Assembly: GCA_001949185.1 (NCBI GenBank)
Contig: BDGG01000001.1
Location: forward strand, 8,499,018 to 8,563,017
Direction of reading: 5' to 3'
Origin: Ramazzottius varieornatus
Lineage: Eukaryota; Animalia; Tardigrada
Length of the DNA stretch: 64,000 nt
The notes below the pieces were generated by a model. It had not been told where the DNA came from. It saw only the letters and a list, made by a program, of their open reading frames with translations, and did not search any database. Positions within the stretch are counted from its first letter, which is position 1, and every line of letters begins with the position of its first letter. Of the stretch, positions 32,790 through 46,989 are shown in pieces. The position numbers were made by a program, and so were the translations under genes.

Positions 32790-35171
32790 AAATCGAGAAG
32801 TCGAAATTAAAGTACACGTGCTTCGAACCGCGGTGTGTCCTGCATTGTCAAGTAGCTAGCTCACAACTGTCCGGCTGTTTGGGCAATGTCGATCCGAGTG
32901 GTCGTGTTTGCCGACCGTCCAGTTTTTTAAATCGAGCAGTCGGTTAACAGATCTCGCAGGTGAACTTTAGTGTTTAGTGCATTTCAAGATAACTCGTCGG
33001 TTGCCCGTAATCTGATGCGTTGGTACCGTTTCTTATACTGAATTGAGAATCAAGTCTGTAACGGTTTTTTATGGATAATTTTTATGGTAATCGACCGAAC
33101 GAGAAACTTTTGGATAGAAAACATCGTGCCTTCAGATCACTATTTGGAACATATGGGGCACTGGGTTTTGGATCAAAGGTATCTTAGTCCACGACATCAG
33201 TTGACGAATCAACTGGCACAGAAAAGCTTAAACGAATTCGCCGGAAGCTTCGCGCTTCACCTTTACCATCGACAATCTTTTGAGCCGAGCTGGAAACTCC
33301 ATACTGTGCTTCATATTAGAGCTTTCTCAACCTAGTCATGAGATGACTAGGGACGGTTTACGCCAGCAGGCGCACAGTAACAGTTTACGACATCCATAAG
33401 AACGGACCTTGGATAGGGTTGAATCTTCCTTGCGATCCTCGTGACTCACCACTGATCGCGGTCATTTTCCCGGATGGCATTCATTCGAAACTCTAGCATT
33501 ATGCCAGGACTTCGGTATATCGCTTGTCCGCGAGCAGCAGTCTTCGCACACGAAGTTCCGAAGGCAGACGCACATGCAGTCAGCTGCTTTGTTACATATG
33601 CTCTATTCTCCCGCTATCTCTACGAAGCCAGTAACCCATGGCGCCGCCTGCGGAACGTACGAGACGTACGGCGTACACGGGTGATTGTGTGGATGACGTA
33701 GGCCTGTAGGTGATGCCATGGGTGACAGTCTTCGTGAAGATATCGGGGCGATACAGTACTCCGCTGCGGAGTAGCAGCGTGGATCAGAAAATAGAACCAT
33801 TCGAAGCATGTTTTCCTTGTACAAGACGCTGTCAGCTGATGCCGGGTCAAACAAAGATATACTCTGAATAAGCCAACTTGCTACCACCTAGCATTTCGAC
33901 GCGGAAAAGTTCAGTTTGATTTTTGATGATTCATGCATTCATGCTTTCCATACAACTTTCCAAGATGTTTCGATCGAGCACGACATTATCTCAACATCGA
34001 ACAGTTCGTTTTGTTAACCGCTATGACTTCCGGTGAGGAAGGCGTACCCTACGGAAAGAGATTCAGTCTGCTGGATTCCTCATTTGTGTCCTGAACCCTA
34101 ATTTGATATAGACGAGCTCGTAGTTGTTTAGTTCGACTGTAAAAATCGAAAGTGAGTACAAAAACGCTGAGTTAACTGAGCAAACGATTTGAAACACTTC
34201 AAAAAGTCTTGTTTTAATCATTTCTGATTTTTTGTGCTGAAGGATAACGCGGAATTAGAAAAATACTTCTCGGAAACGCCCTCAAATTTGCGAGTTCTTG
34301 TATTTTCCACTTCGCACCTCCCGTGGTTTAAGTCATATTCCGACAAATTCCGCATTAATATATCTCGCCGGAAATTTCTCAGGAAGTAGCAGAACGAGCG
34401 GTGAATCCAGAGAAATTGATCTCCGAGATAAGTAATAATCGCATCGAGAAGAATTTGAAGTTAGGAATAGTGGGAAGAATGATCAAAACCAATTCTCGGC
34501 CATTCCACTACATTTTAAGTAGACTAGGCTCTTACTCGTACTACCATTTTGCGAAAAGACGTACGCATTCGAGCGGTTAGGTCAGTTAATCGACGAGTTC
34601 ACCTCCCTCTGTAGGCCGGGACTTCCCATGCGCAACGTGTTTCTCGGAAGAGCTCCTGATAGTAAGTTCTAGAAGCAACACTTCCAAACTTTGTCGCCCT
34701 ACCTCGGTGAACGATAACGTAGAACATGGTTAGAATTTCTAACTGACAAAGAGACCTCCAGGCCATGTCATACGCCGATCATGCTACCGATGCTTTCACG
34801 TCATAGCTATGGCTCTTCGTTCTTGACAAACTATGGGGAGGAAAGCAGCCCTCGAGGGCTGCTTATATCGAAAGTAAAATGCGCATATCTCATGCACACC
34901 CCTAAAAATTCAAAACTACATCTCTCAGCTGGTTTCCGATTCCTCCGTGCTTCTCAGCGAGAGATATCTTTGCCCGGTTGCGATACTCGATACACATTAT
35001 CTTCGAGGATATCACGGAAAGAGAGTGACCAGAGAGAAAGGCTGGAGTGCCAGCCCAGTCAGATGGTAAATTATACCCACAATCCACCTCGCGAAACTCG
35101 CGCAACTCCGGTCTGTTACGTGCTGTATTCGAAATTCGGAATTCCAACTCACTCACATTTGATTCGAGCTA

Positions 35172-37868
35172 CGAGGTAAAACCAGCAAACTTGTCCATGC
35201 AAAATCGCATGGCGAACTTGCCCGCCTTGGATCTCGGAAAGTACTGACTGCTGTTGCGTGTTTATTGAGTCGTTAGATAGCAGAAAACGTCTCGATTTCA
35301 CCCAGACTAGTCCGAAAGCAAAGGAGCATGCAGGAGACCTCCTATGAGGTCTTTCAGGAAGAGGGGTTGGTGCTATGTTAAAAAGCCTATGGGAAAACTT
35401 TTGAGCCAGTCGACAGAGGCGCGCATGTCGCGTTTTCTGGTCTATGAGAGTACGTCACTTGATCGTTAATGAGCTGCACACCACCTTGTCTTCGCTGGGA
35501 ACCAGTTGGGTGACATATTTGCGTCGCGCTAACAATATGCGGTACGGTAATGCAACACTGCCAGTTTTCATAAAAGAAATTTGCAAGCTTCTCGAGCTTG
35601 CTACGTTTATTTTCGAAAGGGATTGCCACAAAATGCCTCAGTCTAAGCTTTGTACAGCAGTAGAAGTTAGCAAACAGATCATGGATGCTGCCATCCAAGC
35701 GGTGAAAACGGAGGAAATGAGCCAGCGTTCGGCAGCTAAGGCATATGGTGAGTCGCAGCAGGCTGAGGAATCGCCTCCAGAATCGTCACACGGGACATCA
35801 GGGTGGACAAACGAAGTTTTCCCCGCGGATGGAAACGGAGTTAGTGGAGCTACTGAAAGCATGCTATGATATGGGGATTCCTCTAAATCGATATCACTGC
35901 TACCAGCTCTTCTCGCAGGTAGCGGTTGAACTCGGTAAGGTTGGCAACTACTGTTATCCCCTTTGACGATTGCCAGCTAAATATCCCTTTCTTTGATTAC
36001 AGGTCTGCCGAACACTGCCTGTAACGCTCAGTCGTTTCGAAGTTTCCTTGATCGTCACGACGAAATTTCTCTCCGCATTACGCATGCCTCGAACCGGAAA
36101 CAAGACCGAGAGTGGACAGCGGAAGTATGCGAGGAGTACATCTCGAAGCTGCAGAAACTGTACGATGAAGGATTCCTTAATATACCGGAGCAAGTCTGGA
36201 ACTTGGACGAGACAGCATTTGATACTACCAACTTGTTCGACAGGGTGGTCGGGAGGAAAGGAACGAAGCAGATTCCGTCTCAGTACAACGGAACCGCAAA
36301 GGAGTGTGTCACGGTGCTACCATGTGGAAATGCTGCTGGACTCCAGCTCAAGCTTCTGGCCTTATACTCGGGCAAGTTTCACCTCAAGTCTCGTCTGGAA
36401 GACACTTTTAACATGTGTTACCATGCTGTAAATGAATCCGGATACATGGACCAGCTGAACTTCGCCAACTACATCAAGGAAGTCCTTTCTCCCCGAGATA
36501 ACAGCAGTGCTGGTAAGTTTCGCTCATATTGCTGTGTGACGTCGGAGCATTTCAGGTGCAATTGTGAAAATTGTTCTGAAAAATGAAGATGCTTGTGAAG
36601 TCGGTCGTCATGCCCGTTCTTATTAGGGATTCCCTTCTTGATTTGTTTATTTTCTAGAACGTTATCTTCGTGGACGGCCACTTCTCTCATGTGAACAACC
36701 TTCTGCTTGTTCGATATTGCCGAGAGGTTTTCTAGGAGACAGGCAGACGTGTGGAGATCTTCTGTTTCCCGTCTGGCCAAACTTCTCGCCTTCAGCCTTT
36801 TGACGTGGCAGCATTCGGCGGAATTAAATACAGATGGAACAAGTACCTCCGTGATCGGCGCGTCAAAACAGGTGGTCCGGTATGTCAGGGAATCAGTTTG
36901 TATGTTTTTTACGAATTGAAAGTTTGAAATATTACACCTGATTGTCTTCTAGGTAACGAAGGATACCTTGCTTTCCCATCTGGTCATGTTGTGGTTTCGA
37001 ACGGACGGGTTTCCGCCGGAGTTCGCTTTCAACGCCGGGACAAACCTGAAGTCGGGCTTTGCACAATGTGGCCGCTTCCCATTCAACCCCGACATGATCC
37101 GAAAGACAGTCAAGCCTTACACCGATCCGTCCATCCTTCAACGCGGAATCCGCCAGGTTCAGTCAGAGATAAACCACGACAAGCTGGCGGAAGTGCTGCG
37201 CGTAGAGTACGGTATTACTGACGCCGATGGCTTGCAAGAGATAGAAACCTCTGTCGAGAACGTTCTCAAGGGTCTCACCACCGGTATGGTACTTGCGGGT
37301 GCAATGGCGAAGACACTAATGGCTGAAGCGCCTAAGAAGAAACGTCTGGGAAAGAACAACATGCTCAGACTGAAAGCTAGTGCTTTGATAACGTCAGACG
37401 AAATGGTGGCAGAAATCGAAGCGGAATCCGCCAGAAAGAAAGCCGTCCAAGCTGCTGCTAAAGCCGCCAAATCATCAAGAGCATCTAAGCGAAAGGCACC
37501 GGAACCTGAACCAGTGTTAGAGCCTCCCGGAAAGAAAGCCTCGAAAGCTACAACAAAGAAGCCAAGCAGGAAGTGATATCCTTCTTGATTTACCGTGGCC
37601 TTTCAATAATGTTCACCTTTTACCTCCCATGTTGAGAAAGAGTAAAAGATGCTCGCGGAAGCATTTGTACTGTATAATGGCAGGATAAATTCTGCGGAAA
37701 AAGAGTTAGGTCACACCGCACTTCGTAATAGTTACCGTACGTTGGGGGACAGATACCACGAAATAGTTGCGGTAAGTGTGGTAATAGACGGTGCTTCCAC
37801 CACGCGGCCTTAAAATGGACAAGTTCGCCATGCGATTTTGCATGGACAAGTTCGCTGGTTTTACCTCG
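35172..37868 (+). mobile_element. pogo-like DNA transposon with about 52-bp TIRs and TA duplication
   Basis: TA|CGAGGTAAAACCAGCAAACTTGTCCATGCAAAATCGCATGGCGAACTTG … CAAGTTCGCCATGCGATTTTGCATGGACAAGTTCGCTGGTTTTACCTCG|TA. Confidence 0.92.
35633..37576 (+). pseudogene. Spliced HTH_psq/CENP-B-HTH/DDE_1 transposase, disrupted
   Basis: Motifs MDAAIQAVK…MSQRSAAKAYG, VWNLDETAF, FVDGHFSH, LQPFDVAAFG and SGFAQCGRFPFNP, then a basic tail. Introns near 35935-36002, 36513-36657 and about 36880-36952. Frameshifts and an in-frame TAG near 36733. Confidence 0.85.
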
Positions 37869-38649
37869 TAATCAAACTAATTCACCAAGCAGTTTCCTAC
37901 TTCAACGGGTTTTGCAAGCAAGACTGAAGAGCCCTGTTGTTATACAGAAATCGTCGGGATGTAGGGTGCACAGTTATCAAAGAACAGCAGGAGACTTCGA
38001 AAGAGGTGGGAACTGAAATCATGACACAATCGATCGCGGAAGACGAGAACGAAAAACATGAAATGCGTCTCTGTCGGAACTCGATAGAGGCAATACGCGC
38101 AAAGCCACAGCAATCAGTCAAAAATTCGTCCATTAGAAACTGGAAGACTGACAGACCATTGGCTACAAAAGCGCAAAGTCGGAGCACGCTGCCAACAGAA
38201 AATGGAACTTTTGCCAGCGTCTCCTCGCCTTCGCTGTTCCAATCACTGGACAGGAACAGCTGGTATTTTGAAAACTTCGAATCTAATCGGCAGTGGCTCA
38301 GTGTGACGTCACTTTGTGACCCTTGTGTTCTGCTAAGTCTCCATTTTCAATAGGCATCCATTCAATCATTAAGGCCTTCAGAGACTGACTACACCTCTGG
38401 TGGGATTACACTGGCGGTGCAATTGGCTCCCCCCGCACGTCACGAGTGGACTATTCGTTTCACTGAAAATTAAATTCTACAGTTTTTCTGGTGTAATTAC
38501 GACCTACTCTGGAGCGACCCGTAATCCCACCAGCTGATGAATTTTCATTTTCCACTTCGCTTTGCCGGAGTCAGCTCGGTGGACCTCGTCCGTCTTACTA
38601 TCATCCCTTCTTCGCTCTCGTCTTATTCTATTTCGTGGTACTTAATTTA

Positions 38650-39220
38650 TCTGATTCTTCTGAACTGTATCGGACCGAAGAGCGAGGCAACTCGGTTAAG
38701 TAGCGATGTGCTGGAATCAGGACGACAACCGGTCAAAAGACGTCCTGGGGAAAGCTCTACCGGGATGCCCTTGCTCTGTTTGAAACGACTGGAGAAGGTG
38801 TGACGAAAGGAGACATGTAGCGAGAGAGTGCTGATACCCAGGGTGACAAAATCAATCAAGCTGAACTAAACAGGCTTGTCTACGGAAGAAGCCTGGTCAG
38901 TTTCATCAGACAATCAACTTCTCAGTTGAGTAAATGTTGATTGTTGATTTATTCCTAGGTGGTGCCAAGTAATGAAATTCGGATTTTCTGTTGCTACTGA
39001 GCTCATGTCGTTCAGAAATCCCACTTTTATCATGTTCCGTTTCACATGTCTAACGTACTGTGTTGCGTGTCTAGGTAGGATGGAAATAGCATGTCCCTTT
39101 CGCAGTCGTATATACCCTGTCTTCTGCGGTAGTCCTGAAATGGCTACGCCTTCCACAGCGGGAAATAAGGATGTGACGGCTGATGATGGGGAATGGAACG
39201 AACGACGAGGAAGATAGAGT
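38650..39220 (+). pseudogene. Possible degenerate Myb/SANT-like (transposon accessory) gene fragment
   Basis: KLYRDALALFETTGEGV… and MEIACPFRSRIYPVFCGSP resemble the TG.G…CP.Y.R…IFG pattern. Stops are present. Confidence 0.25.
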
Positions 39221-42200
39221 TGATTATTACACAATGATTTCCTCTTAATGTGTCCTCATTGCGGACGGAACAACCATGAAAACTGGGTTGATCTGGGCAC
39301 TGTGGAAATCGTCCGACTGCATTGCAGGGCATGCAGCCAGAGGTGGTGTCACGTTATTCTGTGACACTTTGGAGAATGAGGGCCGAGTGCTTCAGCGACG
39401 GTCACTCTAAGTGTTATTCCTCTGACTTCACCTAACAAGTTAGCATGTCTGAGGCCCCAATGAAATGCTAATCAACCGGGACGTCCGTACACTTGCAGTC
39501 CTGTGGTTGGGATTCACTTCCTAATGTAACCGGTGTACCAACGGCTTTTCCAACGTCCACTCGTTGGATATATCCTCCCCGTGGTAGCCTTTCCTCGAAG
39601 CTTCGGTTGCGGCGTCGAGCCGAAACCTGCTGGAGTTCGGCAAACCGCGAAAACAAAACCTCACGAAATTGGTCCTTGACAGCGAAGCACCTTTGGCGGG
39701 AACGAAGAAAGGCTCGTCCGTGGAAGTAACTGAAGGCCGGAAACTCAAGTATTCTTGCGCGGCGCGTACCGGAAATACTGAGCGCCCAGTTGAATCTTCT
39801 TTCTCAGTTATATGCCTGTTCTTTCTTAGACTCTTTTCTTTTCACTAATGGCCAAGCGTTCCATGTTTCGTAGTTCGCCGATGAAGGATAATTATTTTTT
39901 TGGGGACGCGAAGAAGATAGATTCCGAGTGATTTGGGAAACTCAGTCTTTTTGGTTTACCATGCTTCACAGACCAGAGACAATACCGCTCTGGACGGCTG
40001 ACTTTACAATGACTACTTCGTACGGAGAATTAACAGACAAAGCTAGATACTGAAGTGTTGAGTACTAATATTTACAAGGATGAGGGACAATTAATTTCCC
40101 GAAAGTTCGTTATTTGCCCGTGTCTAGCTAATGAGAGACTCAAAACCTCGTTCCCCACCATCCCGATGCGGATTTCAGTGTTAGTTTGAAAAACTGACCT
40201 GTTTTCAAGTTGACCTGGGATGGACGCACCTGCGGGCTTTTCCGTAGCCCGAGGAAGGTGTCGGTGACATTTCTTCCCCGTAGTTTTGTCGACAGCCAAG
40301 AATCATAGCTACCACGTGAAAGCAGCGCTCATACGATCGGCGCATGACATGGTATGAACGTCCCCTTGTGAGCTATAGTCGGAAAACGGTTTGTTGCTGG
40401 CATAACCAAATGAAAATCTGAGGACAGACAGATCACTGACTAAATGTGGATACTGGGCACTTATATAAGAAGTGACCATAAAACGAGCCACGTATTCAGA
40501 GTGTGACTCGAACGTTACAATGGAGAATTAACGAACCCGATGACTTCAACGTCAAATCCTTGAGAAACCGCCTTTGTTTTCAGCGAAAAACCGGGTCCGA
40601 CGTTGGAAAACCTCACTCGAATCATTCAGTGTGCCGCTCCGCCCGTACTAACTTCACCAGTTATGTTGTGATAGTTATCTGCTGGCGTCGTCTTGTAATG
40701 ACGAGATAACTCCATTTCTGACCTCTGCCAAAGGTCGACCAAGACAACAGAGAAGAGCGGCAACCACAATCATAAGTTTGCTATAGAAGGCTAGAAATAA
40801 CTTTCTGTAAACCCGAACGTTACTAACCTGTTCTGCTTTATGGTTTCACTTGGTATGCCGCTACGAATACTGGATTACACAAATGTCTGTAACTACTCGA
40901 GTTTTTCTTTAAAGAGGACAAAAGTCAAGGACACTTTCGCCAAGCGGGAACGCCATCGGTGTACGAGAAACGGACTATGAGCAACTCACCATATTCTAGC
41001 TGAAACAAGCACAACCTAGAAAGAAGGACGACCTACAACTTTAGGATGTTCGAATGCGTAAACCCACTTCTCTGTTTTTGTGTGTTCTAATCTAGTTCGA
41101 AAAGCGGCGGCATTCCTCGCTCAACCTCACAGCGTCCGAGAATTCCAACGGTTTTGTAAGTGTCATTTTGCGCGACTAGAAGGCTAGATCTCTTATGTGA
41201 ACACAAAGACGGCCAGTAAACATGTCATACACGGTCATTTTTGTATGGACTAGATAAAGTGCTCCGGAAGAGGAAAATACGTAAAACTATCCCGTCGCTA
41301 TCTGTGATTTTGCTCCATTTTGACACCACTGCGTTGTCTCCCATAAAGACCTGCAGCCGACTGTGTCTGTTGTGTGCCAAGTAACTTACCTTATGCACTC
41401 GTTGGTTTTTCTTGGAAGAACGAAAGAAACATGCCGTTGTTCGTGGTTTTGTTTGCTGCTCTTTCCCCGTGACCATCGTTTCGTGCAGACGAAGAAGCAT
41501 AAAGTATGAACAAGGCCGCTTGCTGTTCTACAGGTTATGCTGATGGGCTTTCCCTAGCACCCGATTTTTCTAGTTTTTTAACAAAACAAGGTATGATTAT
41601 TTATAGAAGAATAAACGACACTGCACGCCAATTCTTTGTGTATGGCTTGAATCGTAGACAGGCGAAAAAATCACTGTGGATTCATGATAAAGACTCATTG
41701 TTTACAGCGAATAGACCCTGGCACAAGATTGAAATGCTCTACTAGTTCTCGCACTAAATATCTTTCGATGTGACCAGATTTTCGAGACTTTCAAAAAAAT
41801 CGGCGCGAATTGTCCAAGAGTTCGAAAAGAAAATTCACCTGGCCTTAAAACATTTTGAGAGTCGATTATTCGACATGTTTTGATTCTCCGGTGAGGGACT
41901 CTTACACAGTAGGGTCCAGTCGTACGTAGAAATATGCTATATTTCAGCCTTCGGCCAGTAGAGCATTGAAACATCATAAGCTATTGACCTAGAGGATTTG
42001 AACATTATCCATTTGTCATTTACCAGCAAATCCATCACATTTCTGCTATTTTCAGGTGATGAAAAAGACCTGCTGACCGTGCTGACCTGCTGACCGTGAT
42101 CTCCCGCCGATTTCCGGTTCTGTCTGGCTAAATAATAAAGCAAAGTGTTGGGCGATGCTTAGGAAATAATTTGGAATTTTAGCTGCTCACGGTAGCTGAG

Positions 42201-42563
42201 GTAATTGTCAGTTAGCCAAGTATTCGCCAGTTTGGCGAGTTAAAAGAGTTAGGTATCGCTCCTCGTACTGAATGAGCAAACACTGCAAGGTTTGGCTTCG
42301 TAAGTTTTCTTATCGAAAAAAACCTCTATCGAGCCTTAGCAAGTGTCCTAGGCTGACGTATGTGAGCGTGCATAACCTGAATGCTCACTGGGTAACGCGG
42401 AGAATTTACATTCACCTGTGTGATCAACGTAATTTCGGAATGCTATTTGGAGCTAGACAGGCAATGAACAGCTCATACCGTGCGAAAAACCAACGGACAT
42501 GCGGAAGATCGATGAATTCTGTTGATCTCAAGCTCGTTCGAAATATATGGGACCTGAATTTCC

Positions 42564-42573
42564 GTATAAATAG
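42564..42573 (+). promoter_or_regulatory. Candidate TATA box of the secreted gene
   Basis: CGTATAAATA about 85 nt upstream of the ATG at 42651. Confidence 0.45.
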
Positions 42574-42650
42574 ACTGCAACCCGATATCTAGTCTGAATA
42601 AACCGCAAGTTCATCCCAGTACATCCCCAAGACGCGCGTTGAGCCTCATC

Positions 42651-43980
42651 ATGCCATTCCCGATCTTTCTTCTCACGGTTTGTGTGGTGCTGGTACCCTA
42701 TGTCGCTTCTTTCGGTTCGCGTGACTCTAGAGCCGGAGGTGCAAGTGGTAGCTGCTCAACGATACAGAGGCGTATGGTTATCGGCTGTAACTGCACCATG
42801 CCGGGTATCCCTTGCGGGCAAAATTCGATTTGTGTTCGCTCAGCTGGATCTTCAACAGGACTAAAGTGCCAATGTGGCTCCGGGTTCACCGGCACAAATA
42901 ATGGATGTCAGGAAAATTTGGCTGTTCAGGACCAGTGGGTGTATTTCGTCGGTTCACAAACATGCACCAACGAAAGGGTTTTCGACTTGGTAAGTGTTTT
43001 CGTCCAAATTTTAGTGCAAAATGTTCAGGACTGATGTTGTAGGCATGCGGGGGAACACCTCCGCTAACATGTTCACTCAATTTCTTTAACGCAACCGACA
43101 CTGCGTCAGGAAAATCATACGGCGGTACTCCTCCTTTCTTGAATGTGGTCAATCCAAGCACTGGGTGCTGCTTTGTCACCGCAGCCGCCGCGGCTCCAGA
43201 GGAAGACATATACGTGTGCTACGGGGCTACCGCAACCGATGCAGCCGGAGCTTCGGTTTCAACAACCAGCGGTGTCTGTGTAAGCACGTGTACCGGCCTC
43301 CTGAAGCACAGGTATCTTCAGCTGTATTTTTGCAGGTTCTGTTTCAAAAACCCACTGCAAATGCAAACTGCCCCGCAATAGTGCCAGGACCTTTGACTCT
43401 GGCCTCCTCTGGACCGACGTTTATCGACAACTGTTTCGATCCAAACCTTCCGATTATTACGTTACAGGTAATATGGCGTGTCCCGCCTCTGCTATTCAGG
43501 GGTATATACTTTATGCACCGTAAGGGTGCAATATTGTAGTAATCACGGCCTTAGTTACAAAAACCGAATCGGGTTTCGATCAGTGAAAACTCATCTTTGC
43601 GTTTGCGCTAGCCCTCCGGGGGAACTGGTCCCTTCACCTACTCAATTGTGGTGGACCAGAGTAGCGTGATCGGGCTCTCGACTGCCGACCAGCTGGCACT
43701 GTTTGCAGCACCGGGATTTTCGAATGGCCTCCTTCGCCTACTGAACCCTTCCACTGGAGGAGTGACTCTTTTGCCGGTGGGTCCGGGTCCCAGCGGGATT
43801 CAGCAAACCATTACCCTCTGTTACACGGCAACGGTGACCGACGCTAAAAGAGCGACAGCATCGACCAGATTTTGCGTAAGTTTTAACTTACAATCACATT
43901 CCTTCCAATACGAACAACCTTTCCTTTGACAGGCAACGATTGAAGGAAATGATTGTCCGGTTGTAATTGGTAGTGGCTAA
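42651..43980 (+). CDS. Intact 5-exon secreted Cys-rich protein (339 aa): signal peptide, EGF/EB-like module and two Ig-like repeats
   Basis: Exons 42651-42989, 43043-43279, 43336-43467, 43612-43875 and 43933-43980. All introns are GT-AG phase 0 and there are no internal stops. Hydrophobic N-terminus; CGQNSIC…CQCGSGFTGTNNGC; repeats ACGGTPPLTCSL…CYGATATDAAGAS and PSGGTGPFTYSI…CYTATVTDAKRAT. Confidence 0.85.
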
Positions 43981-44833
43981 CACCGCAAGCTATTGCTTAC
44001 AATCAATCTACGCGTTGGTTCTCAAACGGAGAAATGGCTAATAATAATGTTTTTTCCGTGTTAATTTATGTGTGTAATGTATTAGTAAATATAAGAGTAT
44101 ATCCGTATATTCTAACCGATCATGCTGTCGCATTCGGCTGTTTAGAAGTAAAAATGCGCTTCCAAAGTAGTAACAGCTATTGCAAAATCTCACAGCTAGA
44201 ACATTATACTTGCTTTGCCAACTCACCGGCATTGGCAAGATCACTGAAAACCGGCCAAAAATGGAGGACTGGTTAGTTTTGACCAGCCGCTCTCCACAGC
44301 TGCTGTCCACAATTTTGTTCATACTAACAACTAGGCTAATAGGACGCACAGAACGTTTTGCAGAGCAACCGATTCAAGCTAAACCAGACACGTTAAAGTA
44401 CACAAGCTGAAAACTACCTCTGGGCCGTGGAGAGGCAACTCAAGTATAATGTGCAAGAAGTTAGGCTCAACAAGCAATTCAGTGCATGGTGACAACTATT
44501 GTGCCAGGGCAACGAGTAGTGGCCTTACCGTTGTCGTAAACGCCATAGTACATGCAAGCCGAGGAGGTTTGGGCCAGTAAAAAGTATGGAGTAAACGGGA
44601 ACGAGGGCAAAGTTCAAGTTCAACCGTAGAAAATTGAGGGGAAGTGCATAACAGTGAATTAGTCCCATACGTACATACTTACGTGTCGCCTTCTCGGAAT
44701 CTCTTGGCCCAAACCTTTAACTGGCCCAAAAATCGTCAGATTCCGTGTAAGCGTTCAGGCGTGGAGTGTCTTACAGGCAATAAACCGGTTTACCAACTGC
44801 CAGCTCGGTAAAGAATAATTGGCGCAGTGAAGA

Positions 44834-45482
44834 CGTACGAGGAGCAAAGCCTCACTTTTCTAACGAGCGTACTTGGCTAGGTCAAATTCTGCAGGTGGCA
44901 CGGCCATGTGTCTTGTCAGCTGATAACGTTCTACCGCCATAACGACCGAGCAAACGTTAGCAGAGTTATAGCAGTTCCAATTTTCGATATAAGTGATGGT
45001 GACCGTCAGTGTGCACCTACGACGCAGTCAGTTTGTTTCTACTGTTGACATCACATGCGACTGAACCACTATGCAAAGTTACCAACAATTCGCTCGGAAG
45101 TTAGCAAAGTTTTAGCTGGTCCCATTCGAATACAACCCAGCCGTAAAGCTGTAGTAACGCTACACCACAACTAACCGATTTCTATTCAGCACGGCACATA
45201 TACGGGCTGACTGAATCAGCCGATCCCAGCTACAGTACGCCCTCTGCAGAAAGTGCTCTCCCTAATATCGGAAGCCATTTTCAAACGACCTTCCTTTCTG
45301 ATCTATTTCCGCTACGATCTGTTACTCATTTCTAGACCAAGCTGGTCCCGATTGAGGCAAAGTGTTCAGACAAATGTACAAACAAATTTGATTTCTGGCT
45401 GGAAGACTATTGGGGAAGTCGTCAGTTAGAAAAGTTGTCCCTAGTTTGGCGAGTTAGCAGAAATAGGCTTTGCACCTCGTAC
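44834..45482. mobile_element. Degenerate MITE-like element; same end motif also at 42209-42268 and 18287-18345
   Basis: GTACGAGGAGCAAAGCCTCACTTTTCTAAC (44834) pairs imperfectly with GTTAGCAGAAATAGGCTTTGCACCTCGTAC (to 45482). The AGTTTGGCGAGTTA core is shared with the other copies. Confidence 0.5.
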
Positions 45483-46989
45483 ACAGTTTTGAAGTCACAT
45501 TCCCCAAGTGATTTGTTTGAAACGCAGCCAACGTTGGTAGCATTTAAGGCGGCATATTTACTGTGTCAGGCACGGGCGGTGGGCCACGGTGGGCCACGGG
45601 GGGCCCCAAGGGTGTTAGTCGGCAAGGTCGACAGGAGAACCCCTGACTAGAAGTCATACGACTGAAGAAGCAGTACGAGTTACAGGACATAATCCGGGCT
45701 TAGTGGTTTTCCCACCACAACTCGGACATATTTTTTCCTCAGTTCCTGCTGTACGTTATCACTTGTTCCTTGTTTCCTACGGTACACGAGTCTATCTTCT
45801 CGAGGTCTGAACACGTTTGGAAACAGTAAAATATTGCAAGTCGTCGCAACCTGTCGTGGGATGCACATGAGTCTGTCCAATGCTATAGAACCTAAAGTTG
45901 TATCAACAGACGTACGATCAGAAATCAATCAAGCGTTGATTGAAATTGTTGAACTTTACGCATTGCTCGAATTATGATGCGAAAATCACTATGCCCGAAT
46001 TACGTCCTGTACTTCGTAGATCAATAGACAAATTGCCTGTTTACTGTTTTTTGCTGATTATAAGATTTCCAGGTGGGATCTCCTGCCCATCTCGCCCACT
46101 GGCACACTGCAGACCCGCGAGGGCTACTGAGCGTAAATGCTATGCTTGAGCATAACGTTGAATCCTGCCGTCTGTACTCGGGCATATGCAGTGATGGGTG
46201 CACAGAACTGATGGCTTGAACAGAAGCTAACATCCCACTCCAGGGCAACTACGGAAATGCGTCTGGAGAGAACGAGGAGCAGTTCAGTTTCAAGGACAAT
46301 GATTATTGTATCATATAACGCTGCAATCCTTTCGTCGATCCAAGTTTGACAACTTTGGGTCGATTAGCGAAAGAATAATTCCCGATGTTTTGATATCCAC
46401 TGTTCTATCATTCGCCAGTCGAAGATTCATTCGGTACGTTCGACAAAGTTGAAAGCTACATGGTTGTTCTATTGCCGATCAAGATGACAGGCATGATCGT
46501 CAAAGCTGAAACCTGAACTAAGTTTGGTCTGCCGTTTTCCTTCAAGAACATGTCATCTGCAGTATCCCAGGTTCCTACGGATTCTGACGCCAACTCTGCT
46601 CGATTTAGCCCAAGTTTTGCAAATATGCCGGGTAAAGACGACAGCGACAACTACTTCGCGGAAACTAAGTGCGTGCTGAAGTTGGTACAGCGGGACATTT
46701 GACAGTCACCATTTCTTACGGGATCCTGCTCAAAACTGCAGCTTTGGCAGCGAAAAAGATCAGACTGCTTATTTTCCTTTCGGTGATTCACATATCTCAT
46801 GTATCAGGTGCGGAAGTATGACTTGTTAGTCCTTGAAAACCCTAACTTCAAAATTTCATAGTTACACTCCCCCTTGTCTTTTTGTCCTGCGCCTTTTTCA
46901 AAGTCACTCTGTCAACTCCTAGCTATCGTTTGGCGTTCCATCAACCCAAGTTTTTCAGCTTCGGGGTAGGGCAGGAATGTTTTTTTCGG

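Noticed and set aside
33340-33890. Coding-like stretch with overlapping ORFs
   Set aside because: No consistent frame, splice model or motif.
45495-45670. 5'-truncated LINE tail (PSDLFETQPTLVAFKAAY plus short UTR)
   Set aside because: Too short and no TSD identified.
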